A stretch of 64,000 bases of DNA from Octopus vulgaris (GCA_951406725.2 OX597817.1:157232001-157296000); one strand, 5' to 3'. Positions 1-11,665 are shown, counted from the stretch's first letter. Numbers and translations are program-made. The notes: a model not told the origin generated them from the letters alone.

Positions 1-80
1 TACCCTGTATTTATTATAGTTATATATATATAATTGAAAAAGTTAGAGTCAACAAGAAGGAGTACGGTTGGACATTTGCA

Positions 81-186
81 ATCACTACAATTGTTTCTAT
101 GCAATGTAGTTCTCAAAGCTTGCATGTACTTGGTTATGCAACCATTTCCTTGCATTATGAGATCTAGTTGTGTTTCCTCAGGTGAT
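81..186 (-). ncRNA. Type I minimal hammerhead ribozyme motif (Penelope-like element type) with long, decayed stem II
   Basis: Minus strand reads ATCAC-CTGAGGA-(77 nt partly self-complementary)-GAAA-C-AATT-G-TA-GTGAT: 5-bp stem I, CUGANGA core, GAAA, minimal stem III with palindromic loop, UH site. Confidence 0.65.
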
Positions 187-561
187 ATATATCGTCTCCA
201 TAAATTCAAATTCTTGGCTTCAAGAGCACCCTGTCTGTCTGTCATGGCCTGGAGTTAGTAGTAGCCACTGAGTGTATCAAGTGTATATATATTATATGTT
301 ATAGAGAAAATGGAAGGAGATAATCACCTAGGGTGTTGCTCTTAAAAACAAGGCTTTTCCCCTCTTCGTATTCTAAAGAGGTCTCAGGCCATCAGTGTTT
401 GGAGTCTGAAGATACACTGTAAGGCTAAACCCCTTATGAGCGAGAGACCTAGGGTAACCCCATAAACCAGCCTACCCCACTATAATATTAACTGCTCTAC
501 ATCTTAGAGTATGCTTCTCCTCTGGATTTATGTATTTCTACAAACAATCCTATATATATCT

Positions 562-602
<41 letters not shown>

Positions 603-604
603 AT

Positions 605-791
605 TCACAAAAAAAACAAAAGACAGGTGATGTAGCCAACAAACAGATGTATTAGTATAATGCTCAGGAATTGAAAAAGTCTTTTATGTTTCGAGCCTAG
701 GCTCTTCCACAGAAAGGAACACAGAAAGAAACAAGGAGAGAAAAAAAAAGGAGAGAAAAAAATGTGTGTAGTGGCTACCGATCTATCATGG
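605..791 (-). mobile_element. Dispersed repeat, probable Penelope-like pLTR fragment with hammerhead-like motif
   Basis: A homologous copy lies at ~57720-57906 (+). Both carry CTG(T/C)NGA-AGAGC-NTAG-GCT(C/T)-GAAACATA. Confidence 0.5.
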
Positions 792-811
792 TGATTGTAC
801 ATACACACACT

Positions 812-870
<59 letters not shown>

Positions 871-881
871 ACACACACACA

Positions 882-1620
882 CAGAGGAGTTGGACTAAAT
901 AATAAAAAATACCTTGTTAAATGAAAGTTTTATTATCTAATATGAGGTGGTCCACTTTTCACATGAATCATACTATTAATATGCTAATACGTCAAGGAAT
1001 TGACTCATAAAGGTTCCCAATGGTTGATAGGAGAATTTTGAGCCTTTCTTCAAGTAAAATTTGCTTTAACCTTTAACTTGGAGCTAGACATGTTGTATAG
1101 TTCATAGACAACAGGTGAACCAGTGCAGTTGTTGATTTGCTTTCAAAAGATCAGAAGAAACCACCTGGAAAACAGCAGGAAAAAAAAAGATACAGCCACA
1201 ACATATTCAAACAATTTAGGCCCAAGTGGAAGAGAAGGTGCAATCAAGGAAAGAATGGAACCATCTTGTGACCAGCAATGAATAAGGAGATATGAAAGTC
1301 TAGTAGATAAAGAATAAGAAGTATATCTTTGATGGGTTCCACACAGGGCCAGATAAAGACCATAGAGGACCTAAGCCCTTAAAGGATTTTGGTACCTCCA
1401 TAAAATTCAAAGTATAAGCCATAACATAAATTTTTATTTTCCAAAATGAAACAAAACTCACTGTAAGATGGAAAATAATGTTTATTTTTGCTTACTTCCA
1501 CTTTATTTGTAATTGAAAAGTTTTCTCCTATTTATTTTAATTGCAAAATCTTTCATTAGATTCTCACTATGGCACAAGGAACACTTTGAAATTATATTTC
1601 CAATAATGTAAACCACTTCA
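882..1620 (-). mobile_element. Degraded Tc1-like DNA transposon relic
   Basis: Minus strand ~940-1065 translates to ILLEERLKILLSTIGNLYESIP*RI..., resembling the Tc1 transposase C-terminus (I..LY.S.PRR). TIR-like end CAGAGGAGTTGGACTAAATAAT. Right boundary approximate. Confidence 0.5.
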
Positions 1621-1677
1621 AATATCATTTTAGTAAGTAAATGATTTCTTCCGTACCATAAACCATTTACCATTTCT

Positions 1678-1909
1678 TATTTCTTTATTGCCCACAAGGG
1701 GCTAAACATAGAGGAGACAAGCAAGGACAGACAAAGGGATTAAGTCAATTAGATCGACCCCAGTGCGTAACTGGTAATTAATTTATTGACCCCAAAAAAA
1801 ATGGAAGGCAAAGTCGACCTTGTTGGAATTTGAACTCCGAATGTAATGGCAGACGAAATACTGCTAAGCATTTTGCCCAGCATGTTAATGTTTCTGCCAG
1901 CTCGCCGCC
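1678..1909 (-). mobile_element. SINE family A (GGCGGCGAGCTGGCAG head, Meta-domain-like core)
   Basis: Multi-copy in window. Core GCCTT(T/C)CAT..GGGGTC..TAAAT resembles the MetaSINE domain. TSD CCATTTACCATTTCT on both sides. Confidence 0.85.
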
Positions 1910-2479
1910 TTATCCATTTACCATTTCTGTGATGCTCTCCTTCCCTCGATGCCCTAAACACATGCTTATTTTGCCTAATGGTTAATTCAGTGCTGGTTTC
2001 ACATGGTTTCTTTTTACAGAATTCCATTCATCAAATTTTGGCCAACTCATAATTAAGGGGTCACACAGTAAGATCAAACCCTAAATTATGTTTATTACTT
2101 AGCAACCTTCTTATTTTCTTTATTGCCCACAAGGGGCTAAACATAGAGGGGACAAACAAGGACAGACAAAATAGCAACGTTCTTAACCAAACAACTATAC
2201 ATGTACCCAGAAAATGTTTGGTGCTGATAATTTTTTATCTTTTACTTGTTTCATGACTGTGGCCATGCTGGGGCAACACCTTGAAGAATTCTTATTTGAA
2301 GTTATCAGCTTCAGCATTTATGACATTTTTGTAAAGTCTGGTACTTATTCTATTGGTGTCTTTTGCTGAACCGCTAAGTTAAAGGGATGTAAACAAACCA
2401 ACGCCACTTGCCAAGTGGTGGTGGAGGACAAACATATCCACAAAGACACACACACACATACATATGATAGGCTTCTTTC

Positions 2480-2820
2480 AGAGGAGAGGAGGGTGGGAGT
2501 GGGGTAAGGGGGGAAGAGGGAGAGGGAAAGGAGAAAGCGGAGAATGGGAGAGGAGGAGGATAGGCGAAGAGGAAGAGGAGGGAGAGGAGAGGAGAGGAGA
2601 AGGGAGAGGGAAGAAGGCAGAGGAGGATGGGTGAGGAGGAGGAGGAGGAGAATGGATGAGGAGGAGGAGGAGAATGGGTGAGGAGGAGGATGGGTGAGGA
2701 GGAGGATATGTGAGGAGGAGGAGAAGGGAAGAGGAGAAGGGAAGGAGGAAGGAGAGGAGTGGATGGACAGGAGGAGGAGGAGGGAAAGGAGGAAAAATGG
2801 TAGTGAAGGAAGAAGAGAAT
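2480..2820 (+). repeat. (GGA/GA)n purine-rich low-complexity tract
   Basis: Directly visible. Source of the Pro/Ser-rich spurious ORFs. Confidence 0.95.
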
Positions 2821-3019
2821 ACCCAAAGCAATTCCCTAGCTCCTAATCTCCTTAGGGAACTATCAAGTTGTAGTTCATATTGTGGTTAATAACATACCAG
2901 GACAGAAGGGAAGGGTTTGTGCTGGTGGAAGGACGGTAACTGATAGGGATATCCCTGGGAAGGAACAGCTGGGTCATTTTGTGCACTTGTGGGTCTATAG
3001 GAAGGAGCAAGTGGAAAAG

Positions 3020-3740
3020 ATGGTGGTGGTGGTGATGATGGTAATGGTGGTGATGGTGGTGGTGTTGATGGTAGTGGTGGTGGTGATAGTGGTTGTGGTG
3101 ATGGTGGTGGTGGTGGTGATGTTGATGGTGGTGGTGATGGTGGTAGCAGTGGTGATGGTGTTGCTGTTGTTGTTGGTAGTGGTGGTGGTAGTGGTGACGG
3201 TGGTGGTGGTGGTAGTGATGATGATGTTGATGGTGGTGGTGGTGGTTGGGGGTGGTAGCAGTGGTGAAGGTGTTGTTGTTGCTGGTGGTGGTGATGGTGT
3301 TGGTGTTGGTGATGGTGGTGGTAATGGTGGTGGCGATGGTGGTGGTGATAGTGATGTTGGTGGTGGTGGGGGTAGCAGTGGTGAAGGTTGTTGTTGTTGT
3401 TGTTGTATTTGGTGGTGGTAGTGGTGACGGTGGTGGTGGTGATGGTGATGTTGATGGTAGTGGTGGGGGTGGTAGCAGTGGTGAAGGTGTTGTTGTTGGT
3501 GGTGATGGTGATGTTGGTGGTGGTAGTGGTGACAGTGGTTCTGGTGGTAGTGATGATGGTGATGCTGGTGGTGGTAGCAATGGTGATGGTATTGTTGTTG
3601 TTGGTGGTGGTGATGGTGGTTGTAGTAGTAGTGGTGATAGTGATGGTGGCAGTGGCGGTGGTAGCAGTGGTGATGGTAAGAGTAATAGCCATAGGGAGGG
3701 GTGGCTCTAGCAACAGTGGTAATTGGTGATGACAGTGGTG
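3020..3740 (+). repeat. Degenerate (GGT/GAT)n trinucleotide tract
   Basis: Directly visible. Source of the Val/Gly/Thr/His-rich ORFs in several frames. Confidence 0.95.
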
Positions 3741-4165
3741 GTAATGGTATGAGCAACATGGTAATTGAAGTGTGTGCGGGGGGAGGGGGTAATGATAGTA
3801 GCAGTGGGAGTAAAAACAATAGTGGTGGTGGGAGGGATATCAGTAGCAAATGGAGGTAATATTAATGATTAGAGGGGAAACAATCATAAAAAGGGAGAGA
3901 GTAGTGGTGGCCTCAATTGTAATGGCTGGCGAAATAGTGGTAGGAGAGTGAAACAATTGGGTGTGGTTGTTTGGAGGTGGTTGATGTAGTTTGTTTTGGT
4001 GCCAGTTGTTTAGTTGCTGGAGACAAGAAATTCTTTGGTCGGCCCGGGGCTATAGCAGAAGACACTTGGCCAAGATGCCACGCAGTGGGACTGAACCCGG
4101 AACCATGTGGTTTGTGGTTGGTTAGCAAGCTACTTACCGGATTAAAAGAGTGAGAAAGAAAGGGG

Positions 4166-4253
<88 letters not shown>

Positions 4254-4269
4254 GGATAGATAGATAGAA

Positions 4270-4300
<31 letters not shown>

Positions 4301-4374
4301 TAGAGATAGAAAGATAGATAGGTAGGTTGGTAGGTAGGTAGGTAGATAGATAGATAGGTAGGTAGGTAGGTAGG

Positions 4375-4417
<43 letters not shown>

Positions 4418-4830
4418 GGAGAGAGAAAGACAGATAGACAGAGATAGACAGAGAGAGAGATAGACAGACAGACAGAGGCAGACAGGGAGAGAGAGAAAGA
4501 AAGAAAGAGAGAGAGAGACAGGCAGAGATAGAGATAGACAGAGAGAGAGACAATGATTTATTCATTGAAAATAATTGACATAAACACTTACCCTCTCCTC
4601 ATATGCATAAAAAGAAATATGCTTACACAGATAAACAAAGAGAGAGAAAGGGGGAGAGAAAGAGAAAAGGAGGGAAAGGGGCAGAAAGAGGGAAAGAGAG
4701 AGAGAAGGAGAGAGAGAGAAAGAGAAAGAGGGGAAAGAGAGAGAGAAGGAAAATGAAAGAGAGTGAGAGAGAGAGAGTGTGTGTGTGATAGTGAGAGAGA
4801 GGTGGGAAGAGGAAGGGTAGAAAGAACAAG
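4166..4830 (+). repeat. (GATA)n/(GGTA)n/(GA)n compound microsatellite
   Basis: Directly visible tandem units. Confidence 0.95.
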
Positions 4831-4976
4831 AGAAACATTAAATCGTCTGATGTCAAATAAGTCAGCATCGAATCAGTGGTGTCAAACAGCTGTGCCAAAA
4901 TGTTTTATACCTGGTGGTAGTGTTAATAGTGGGGGAAGGGCACGTTGGTAATGGTGTGGTAGAGATAGTAGCAACA

Positions 4977-6038
4977 GTAATAGGAGTATAGAGTGCTGGT
5001 ATAGAGGAGTATAGAGTAACAGGAGTATAGAGTGCTGGTATAGAGGAGTATAGAGTAATAGGAGTATAGAGTGCTGGTATAGAGGAGTATAGAGTAATAG
5101 GAGCATAGAGTGCTGGTATAGAGGAGTATAGAGTAATAGGAGTAGAGAGTGCTGGTATAGAGGAGTATAGAGTAATAGGAGTATAGAGTAACAGGAGTAT
5201 AGAGTGCTGGTATAGAGGAGTATAGAGTAATAGGAGTATAGAGTGCTGGTATAGAGGAGTATAGAGTGCTGGTATAGAGGAGTATAGAGTAATAGGAGTA
5301 GAGAGTGCTGGTATAGAGGAGTATAGAGTAATAGGAGTAGAGAGTGCTGGTATAGAGGAGTATAGAGTAATAGGAGTATAGAGTGCTGGTATAGAGGAGT
5401 ATAGAGTGCTGGTATAGAGGAGTATAGAGTAATAGGAGTAGAGAGTGCTGGTATAGAGGAGTATAGAGTAATAGGAGTAGAGAGTGCTGGTATAGAGGAG
5501 TATAGAGTAACAGGAGTATAGAGTGCTGGTATAGAGGAGTATAGAGTAATAGGAGTATAGAGTGCTGGTATAGAGGAGTATAGAGTAATAGGAGTATAGA
5601 GTGCTGGTATAGAGGAGTATAGAGTAATAGGAGTAGAGAGTGCTGGTATAGAGGAGTATAGAGTAATAGGAGTAGAGAGTGCTGGTATAGAGGAGTATAG
5701 AGTAATAGGAGTAGAGAGTGCTGGTATAGAGGAGTATAGAGTAATAGGAGTAGAGAGTGCTGGTATAGAGGAGTATAGAGTAATAGGAGTATAGAGTGCT
5801 GGTATAGAGGAGTATAGAGTAATAGGAGTATAGAGTGCTGGTATAGAGGAGTATAGAGTAATAGGAGTAGAGAGTGCTGGTATAGAGGAGTATAGAGTAA
5901 TAGGAGTAGAGAGTGCTGGTATAGAGGAGTATAGAGTAATAGGAGTAGAGAGTGCTGGTATAGAGGAGTATAGAGTAATAGGAGTAGAGAGTGCTGGTAT
6001 AGAGGAGTATAGAGTAATAGGAGTATAGAGTATAGAGT
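4977..6038 (+). repeat. 39-bp minisatellite, roughly 27 units
   Basis: Unit GTAATAGGAGTA(T/G)AGAGTGCTGGTATAGAGGAGTATAGA, giving the 13-aa period LYSYYSILLYTST in the minus-strand ORF. Confidence 0.95.
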
Positions 6039-6204
6039 AGAAGCAAAAGCATTATATGCTGAGGATGTCAGGATGTTGATAGTGGCAGTGGTATGAAGGC
6101 GTGTGGATTAGTCATTAGTGTATTTGACTCACAATCATAAGGTTGTGAGTTCAATTCTCACTGGTGTGTTGTATCCTTGAGCAAGATGCTTTATTTCATG
6201 TTGC

Positions 6205-6436
6205 ATATTTCTTTACTACCCACAAGGGGCTAAACATAAAGGTGACAAACAAGGACAGACAAACGGATTAAGTCGATTATATCGACCCTAGTGCGTAACT
6301 GGTACTTATTTAATCGACCCCGAAAGGACGAAAGGCGAAGTCGACCTCGGTGGAATTTGAACTCAGAACATAGCGGCAGACGAAATACCACAAAGCATTT
6401 CGCCCGGCGTGCTAACGTTTCTGCCAGCTCGCCGCC
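6205..6436 (-). mobile_element. SINE family A nested in an older SINE (~6090-6675)
   Basis: Full-length copy flanked by a ~22-bp TSD, AAGA(T/C)GCTTTATTTCATGTTGC. Confidence 0.85.
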
Positions 6437-6861
6437 TTAAGACGCTTTATTTCATGTTGCTCCAGTCCACTCAGCTGGCAAAAGCAAGTTGTACCTGTAT
6501 TTCAAAGGGCCAGTCTTGTCACTTTCTGTGTCATGCTGAATCTCCCTGAGAACTATGTTGAAGGCACACATGTCTGTGGAGCGCTCCGCCACTTGCATGT
6601 TAGTTCTACAAGCAGACTGTTCTCTCGATCTGATTAAATGGAACTCTTACTGTTGTAACTAATGGAGTGCCAGTGGCAGTGGTTAAATTAATGGTGTTAC
6701 AGGTAGTGGCACTAGGGATAGGTCCTTGTAACAAAAATGAAAATATTGGTTCTGTATGGTCACTAGATCTGCTAAAAGTAGCTGCTAAGTCCCCTTCATA
6801 TCACATCTTACTGCCTTAAAAAAAAGTGGGGCAGATTGGATAAAGTATAATGTAGCACCAG

Positions 6862-7167
6862 TGGAGGCACATGGCCTAGTTGTTAGAGCAGTGGACTAAC
6901 AGTTGAGGGATCGCAGGTTCGAATCTCAGACCGGGCGATGTGTGTGTTTATGAACAAAACACCTAAGCTCCACGTGAATCCAGCAGAAGGTAATGGCGAA
7001 CTTCTGCTGACTCTTTCACCACAACTTTCTCTCACTCTTTCCTCCTGCATCTAGCAGCTCACCTGCGATGGACTGGCATCTCGTCCAGGTGGGGAACCTG
7101 TACGCCAATGAAACTGGGAAACCGGCCGTTATGAGCCAGGCATGGCTCGAGAAGGAACAAACAACAG
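6862..7167 (+). mobile_element. tRNA-derived SINE, family C variant (different 3' tail)
   Basis: Head TGGCCTAGTTGTTAG (A box) and GGTTCGAATCT (B box), shared with family C copies. Confidence 0.75.
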
Positions 7168-7379
7168 CATAATATAGCACTAAACATATGCATGAAAGAA
7201 AGAAAATATGGGATACCCCACAAATGGAATGTGCTTGTTGCTTTTGATCCTAGATCTGTTCAATCAGTACTGACCTGGGGTTAAACAACAACTTTACTTG
7301 AGACACTGCTTTGACCACAGCAAAATGTTCAACTACAAATGCTGTGTTTACTACATAGCCAAACTCCTACTTGCAAAAC

Positions 7380-8845
7380 TACCACTGTAAAACTACCACT
7401 GTTACTGAACATTACCACAACCACAACCATCACCACCACTACCTCTACAACCAATATTACCACAATCACTACCACTCTTACTATGACGACGATGACCACA
7501 GCCACGACCACATCTACTGCCACTACCACCACACACCACAACCACAATCACTATCGCCTATTACTGCCCACCATGCCATCGCTACACCACAACCACCTCC
7601 ACGACTACCACCTATCATAAACTAATTATTAGCCATGGAAGCAGAATTTTTATCACCTCTTATTACCACCACCACCACAACCACTACCACCACCACAACC
7701 ACTACCACCACCACCACCACAACCATCACCACCACCACCACAACCACCACCACCACCACAACCACCACCACCACCACCACCACCACCACAACCATCACCA
7801 CCACCACCACCACCACCACCACCACCACCACCACCACCACCACCACCACCACCACCACCACCACCACAACCATCACCACCACCACCACCACAACCATCAC
7901 CACCACCACCACCACCACCACCACCACCACCACCACAACCACCACCACCACCACAACCATCACCACCACCACCACCACAACCATCACCACCACCACCACA
8001 ACCATCACCACCACCACCACCACCACCACTACAACCACTATCACTACCACCACCACCACCACTACAACCACTAACACCACCACCACCACCACCACCATCA
8101 CCACTTTACCACCACCACCACCACCAACACCACCACCACCACCACCACCATCACCACCACCACCACCACCACAACCACTACCACCACAACAACCACTACC
8201 ACCACCACCACCACAACCATCACCACCACCACCACCACCACCACAACCACCACCACCACCACCACAACCATCACCACCACCACCACCACCACTACAACCA
8301 CTATCACTACCACCACCACCACCACTACAACCACTAACACCACCACCACCACCACCACCATCACCACTTTACCACCATCACCACCACCACCACCACCACC
8401 ACCACCACAACCATCACCACCACCACCACCACCACAACCACCACCACCACCACCACAACCACTACCACCACCACAACCACTACCACCACCACCACCACAA
8501 CCATCACCACCACCACCACCACCACCACCACAACCATCACCACCACCACCACAACCATCACCACCACCACCACCACCACCACCACCACCACTACAACCAC
8601 TATCACTACCACCACCACCACCACTACAACCACTAACACCACCACCACCACTTTACCACTATCACCACCACCACCACCACCACCATCACCACCACAACCA
8701 TCACCACCACCACCACCACCACCACCACCACCACCACCACCACCACCACCACCACAACCATCACCACCACCATCACCACCACCACCACCACCACCACAAC
8801 CACTATCACCACCACCACCACCACCACCACCATCACCACCACCAA
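7380..8845 (+). repeat. (ACC)n trinucleotide array with higher-order internal duplication
   Basis: Directly visible. The marker ...ACTATCACTACC...ACTAACACC...ACTTTACC recurs three times. Confidence 0.95.
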
Positions 8846-9210
8846 CGCTATCATCAAATAACGCTACTTCTAGAACAATACCTTGTATTTCTCTATCAAT
8901 GTATCTGCCCTTTGTGAAACTATCTGAAACAGTGTGGGAGCCATCAGATGGACTGTACATACTGATGCTGCCGAAGGAATACAATACGGATGTAAGTGTC
9001 TATGTAATATTCACCTTCTTACACTATAATTTATTCTCCAAGTGGCTGTAACGGAGATACATTTTACAATGTTGCATCGAAAATCTCTGTCCATTGCTTT
9101 GGTAGGTCCTCAGTTTCATTTTGTGTCCTAGCCAATAACATCGTTGTATTTGGGTGGTTCTCATCCTTCAGAATATAACAAAAACACATGATATCTGATA
9201 TGACCTGTTA

Positions 9211-9561
9211 TCTCTCTATATATAAACGGCAGTTTGTCTGTCTGTGTGTCTGTCAGGTTGTACCCTCACCCTGACCACGGCTTTCAACCGATTCTGATGA
9301 AACTTGACACACACATAGCCCAATGTCATAATTCAAAACTAACACAGCAAAAATTTTGAAAAGTTCCCCCTTTTATATGCAACACATTTTCTGTCGGGAG
9401 ACAGATAGGAACATCGTATACATAGAAGTGTTTGAGTGAAGAGAAGACGTTGCAACCTACACATGCGCCTTCGTTCCCTAGAGGGAAAGAACTAGATTGG
9501 GATTAGTCGTTGCCTACTAGGGGCTCTTACATACCCGGGCAACGCCGGGCTATGCTGCTAG
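9211..9561 (+). mobile_element. Non-autonomous Helitron
   Basis: A|TC...CTAG|T ends, subterminal hairpin CCCGGGCAACGCCGGG, no TSD. The 5' part is shared with 42907-43290. Confidence 0.8.
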
Positions 9562-9730
9562 TTCAGTATAAAAACAGTGGCCGGCTGAGACTGCTCTGCA
9601 TTGGGCAACAATACCAGAGGCAGGTTATTTTAGTAGATCAAGTAACTGGAACAATCTTTACTGAAACTGTCAGTGAATCATTTATTTTTTTAAATTCTTT
9701 GTATATAGATTTTAAAATTCTTTGTATATA

Positions 9731-10123
9731 GGCGTAGGAGTGGCTGTGTGGTAAGTAGCTTGCTTGCCAACCACATGGTTCCGGGTTCAGTCCTACTGTA
9801 TGGCACCTTGGGCAAGTGTCTACTACTATAGCCTCAGGCCGATCAAAGCTTTGTGAGTAGATTTGGTAGATGGAAACTGAACGAAGCCTGTCGTATATAT
9901 GTATATGTATATACGTGTGTGTTTGTGTGTCTGTGTTTGTCCCCCCAACATCGCTTGACAACTGATGCTGGTGTGTTTATGTCCCCGTAACTTAGCGGTT
10001 CGGCAAAAGAGACCGATAGAATAAGTACTAGGCTTACAAAGAATAAGTTCTGGGGTCGATTTGCTTGACTAAAGGCGGTGCTCCAGCATGGCTTACAGTC
10101 AAATGACTGAAACAAGTAAAAGA
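9731..10123 (+). mobile_element. SINE family B (tRNA-like head, internal TA/TG microsatellite)
   Basis: Head GGCGTAGGAGTGGCTGTGTGGTAAG and tail GACTGAAACAAGTAAAAGAG. Many near-identical copies in the window. Confidence 0.88.
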
Positions 10124-10200
10124 GTATATAAGTGTGCACGTGTGTATGCGTGTGTGTGTGTGTGTGTGTGTGTGCATGTGTGTGTTTTGACATATATTGT

Positions 10201-10817
10201 TTTGGAGAATTCTTGAATCTTGAAATTATCGCCCTTTCTCAAGTGGAACTTGTCATAATTGCAATTTCATAATTATGATATATCCTTTGGAAGTAGAGAT
10301 AATTTTAATAAAAATTTTCGTTGTATGGTATTTGATATACTGGTATTTGTCTATGGTATTCAAATACATGCCACTGGTCACTTTGAGTTATTTCTCTTAG
10401 CTTTTTTTTTTAAAAAAAATTATGCAAATTGCCTACGTCATAAATGTTTTCTGTTTTGTTTCTAAAAATTTAAATCTTTTGGCCACGGGAAATAAAGTAG
10501 GGCAATTGTTGTGCTTATCAATGCTGTTGAGGCAGAAACACATGTCCAGGACTGTCCTTTAATTTCTAGACAATAAGCCCATCCATTTCCCTAATGGTAT
10601 GTCAGTTTGGGAGAATTCTCGAACCTTGAGATTATCTCTCTATCTCAAGTGGAGCTGGTTGTAATTGTCATTTGATCAATATGATGCATCCTCTAAAGGC
10701 AGAGATGATTTTTTTTTAAGAAAATCAAGAATTTTTTTGTAATGGTATTCAACATAACAGTATTTGTCTATATTATTCAAATACATGCTACTTCAAGTTA
10801 TTTCTCTTAGCTCTTTT
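10201..10817 (+). repeat. Old direct duplication of ~210 bp (10201-10410 and 10606-10817)
   Basis: Both copies run from GGAGAATTCT.GAA.CTTGA to GTTATTTCTCTTAGCT, with many substitutions. Confidence 0.8.
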
Positions 10818-10832
10818 GTATATGTATGTATG

Positions 10833-10885
<53 letters not shown>

Positions 10886-11489
10886 GAGTGTGTGTATAAA
10901 GGATATAAACATAAATTAATCTTCTGTCAGTTTCAATAATGAATATTCCGGTTATTCAATCGAATCTGATACAAACTCATTTAATTATAATATAAGAGGG
11001 CAATAGTACACAGACGCACACACAGAGATATTATTTATGTACATGCATTTCTATTTGCTTCTATGTGTGTGTCTGAATATGTTTTAATTTATGTAACATA
11101 AATAAGGATCCTCAAGGAAAAATTTAGACATCTACCAGGAAGCTGAAATTGGTTCACTCTTGATTTATGTCTAAGGTGGCAGATGATGTAGAGTTTGTAT
11201 AACACATGTCATAGCACTTTGATCAATTCTTACATATTTGTACCCTATCTAATACTACCTTGATAAATTGGTGCTTTCTCCTTGGTTTCTTAACTCCCAG
11301 ATATGTTTTGAGAGTCCTGTGGTTGAACAGTTGTGCATTAGGAGGTAACAGTCCATATTTTGACAATTACATGTCAGGTTTATATTTGTTTGCAATATTT
11401 TTGCATTTTGTCTGTTGGCAAAACATGGACATAGCACCCAGAGCATATGCCAAGCCTGGTATAAAAATGTGAGCATTAAGGAGGGAGCA

Positions 11490-11665
11490 CAAATGAGCGG
11501 AGGGAAAAACTGGATATAACAAAAATCAGCTGTTGTGTGCAAGAGAGAAGATTGTGCTGATACAGACAAGTAACATGTTTATGGTTTAAATACACCAAGT
11601 GAAAGGAACATATTGAAGAGGGAGATCAAGGAAGACATGGAAAAAAGTTGTGAAGGCTGATCGCA

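Noticed and set aside
345-400. Additional hammerhead-like string on the minus strand (GGC-CTGAGA-CCTCTTT...GAAGAGG-GGAAA-AGCC)
   Set aside because: The core lacks a nucleotide and there is no stem III or UH site. Too degenerate to call.
2374-3849. Long Pro/Thr/His/Val/Gly-rich ORFs suggesting mucin- or extensin-like proteins
   Set aside because: Open in several frames on both strands simply because the GGA and GGT tracts lack stops. No unique coding context.
4862-6052. 396-aa Tyr/Ser/Leu repeat ORF, or a CRISPR-like array
   Set aside because: Pure tandem 39-bp minisatellite with no unique spacers and no cas genes, in a eukaryotic context.
7635-8636. 333-aa poly-T/P/H ORF
   Set aside because: Translation of the (ACC)n array. 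The residue switches come from frameshifting indels.
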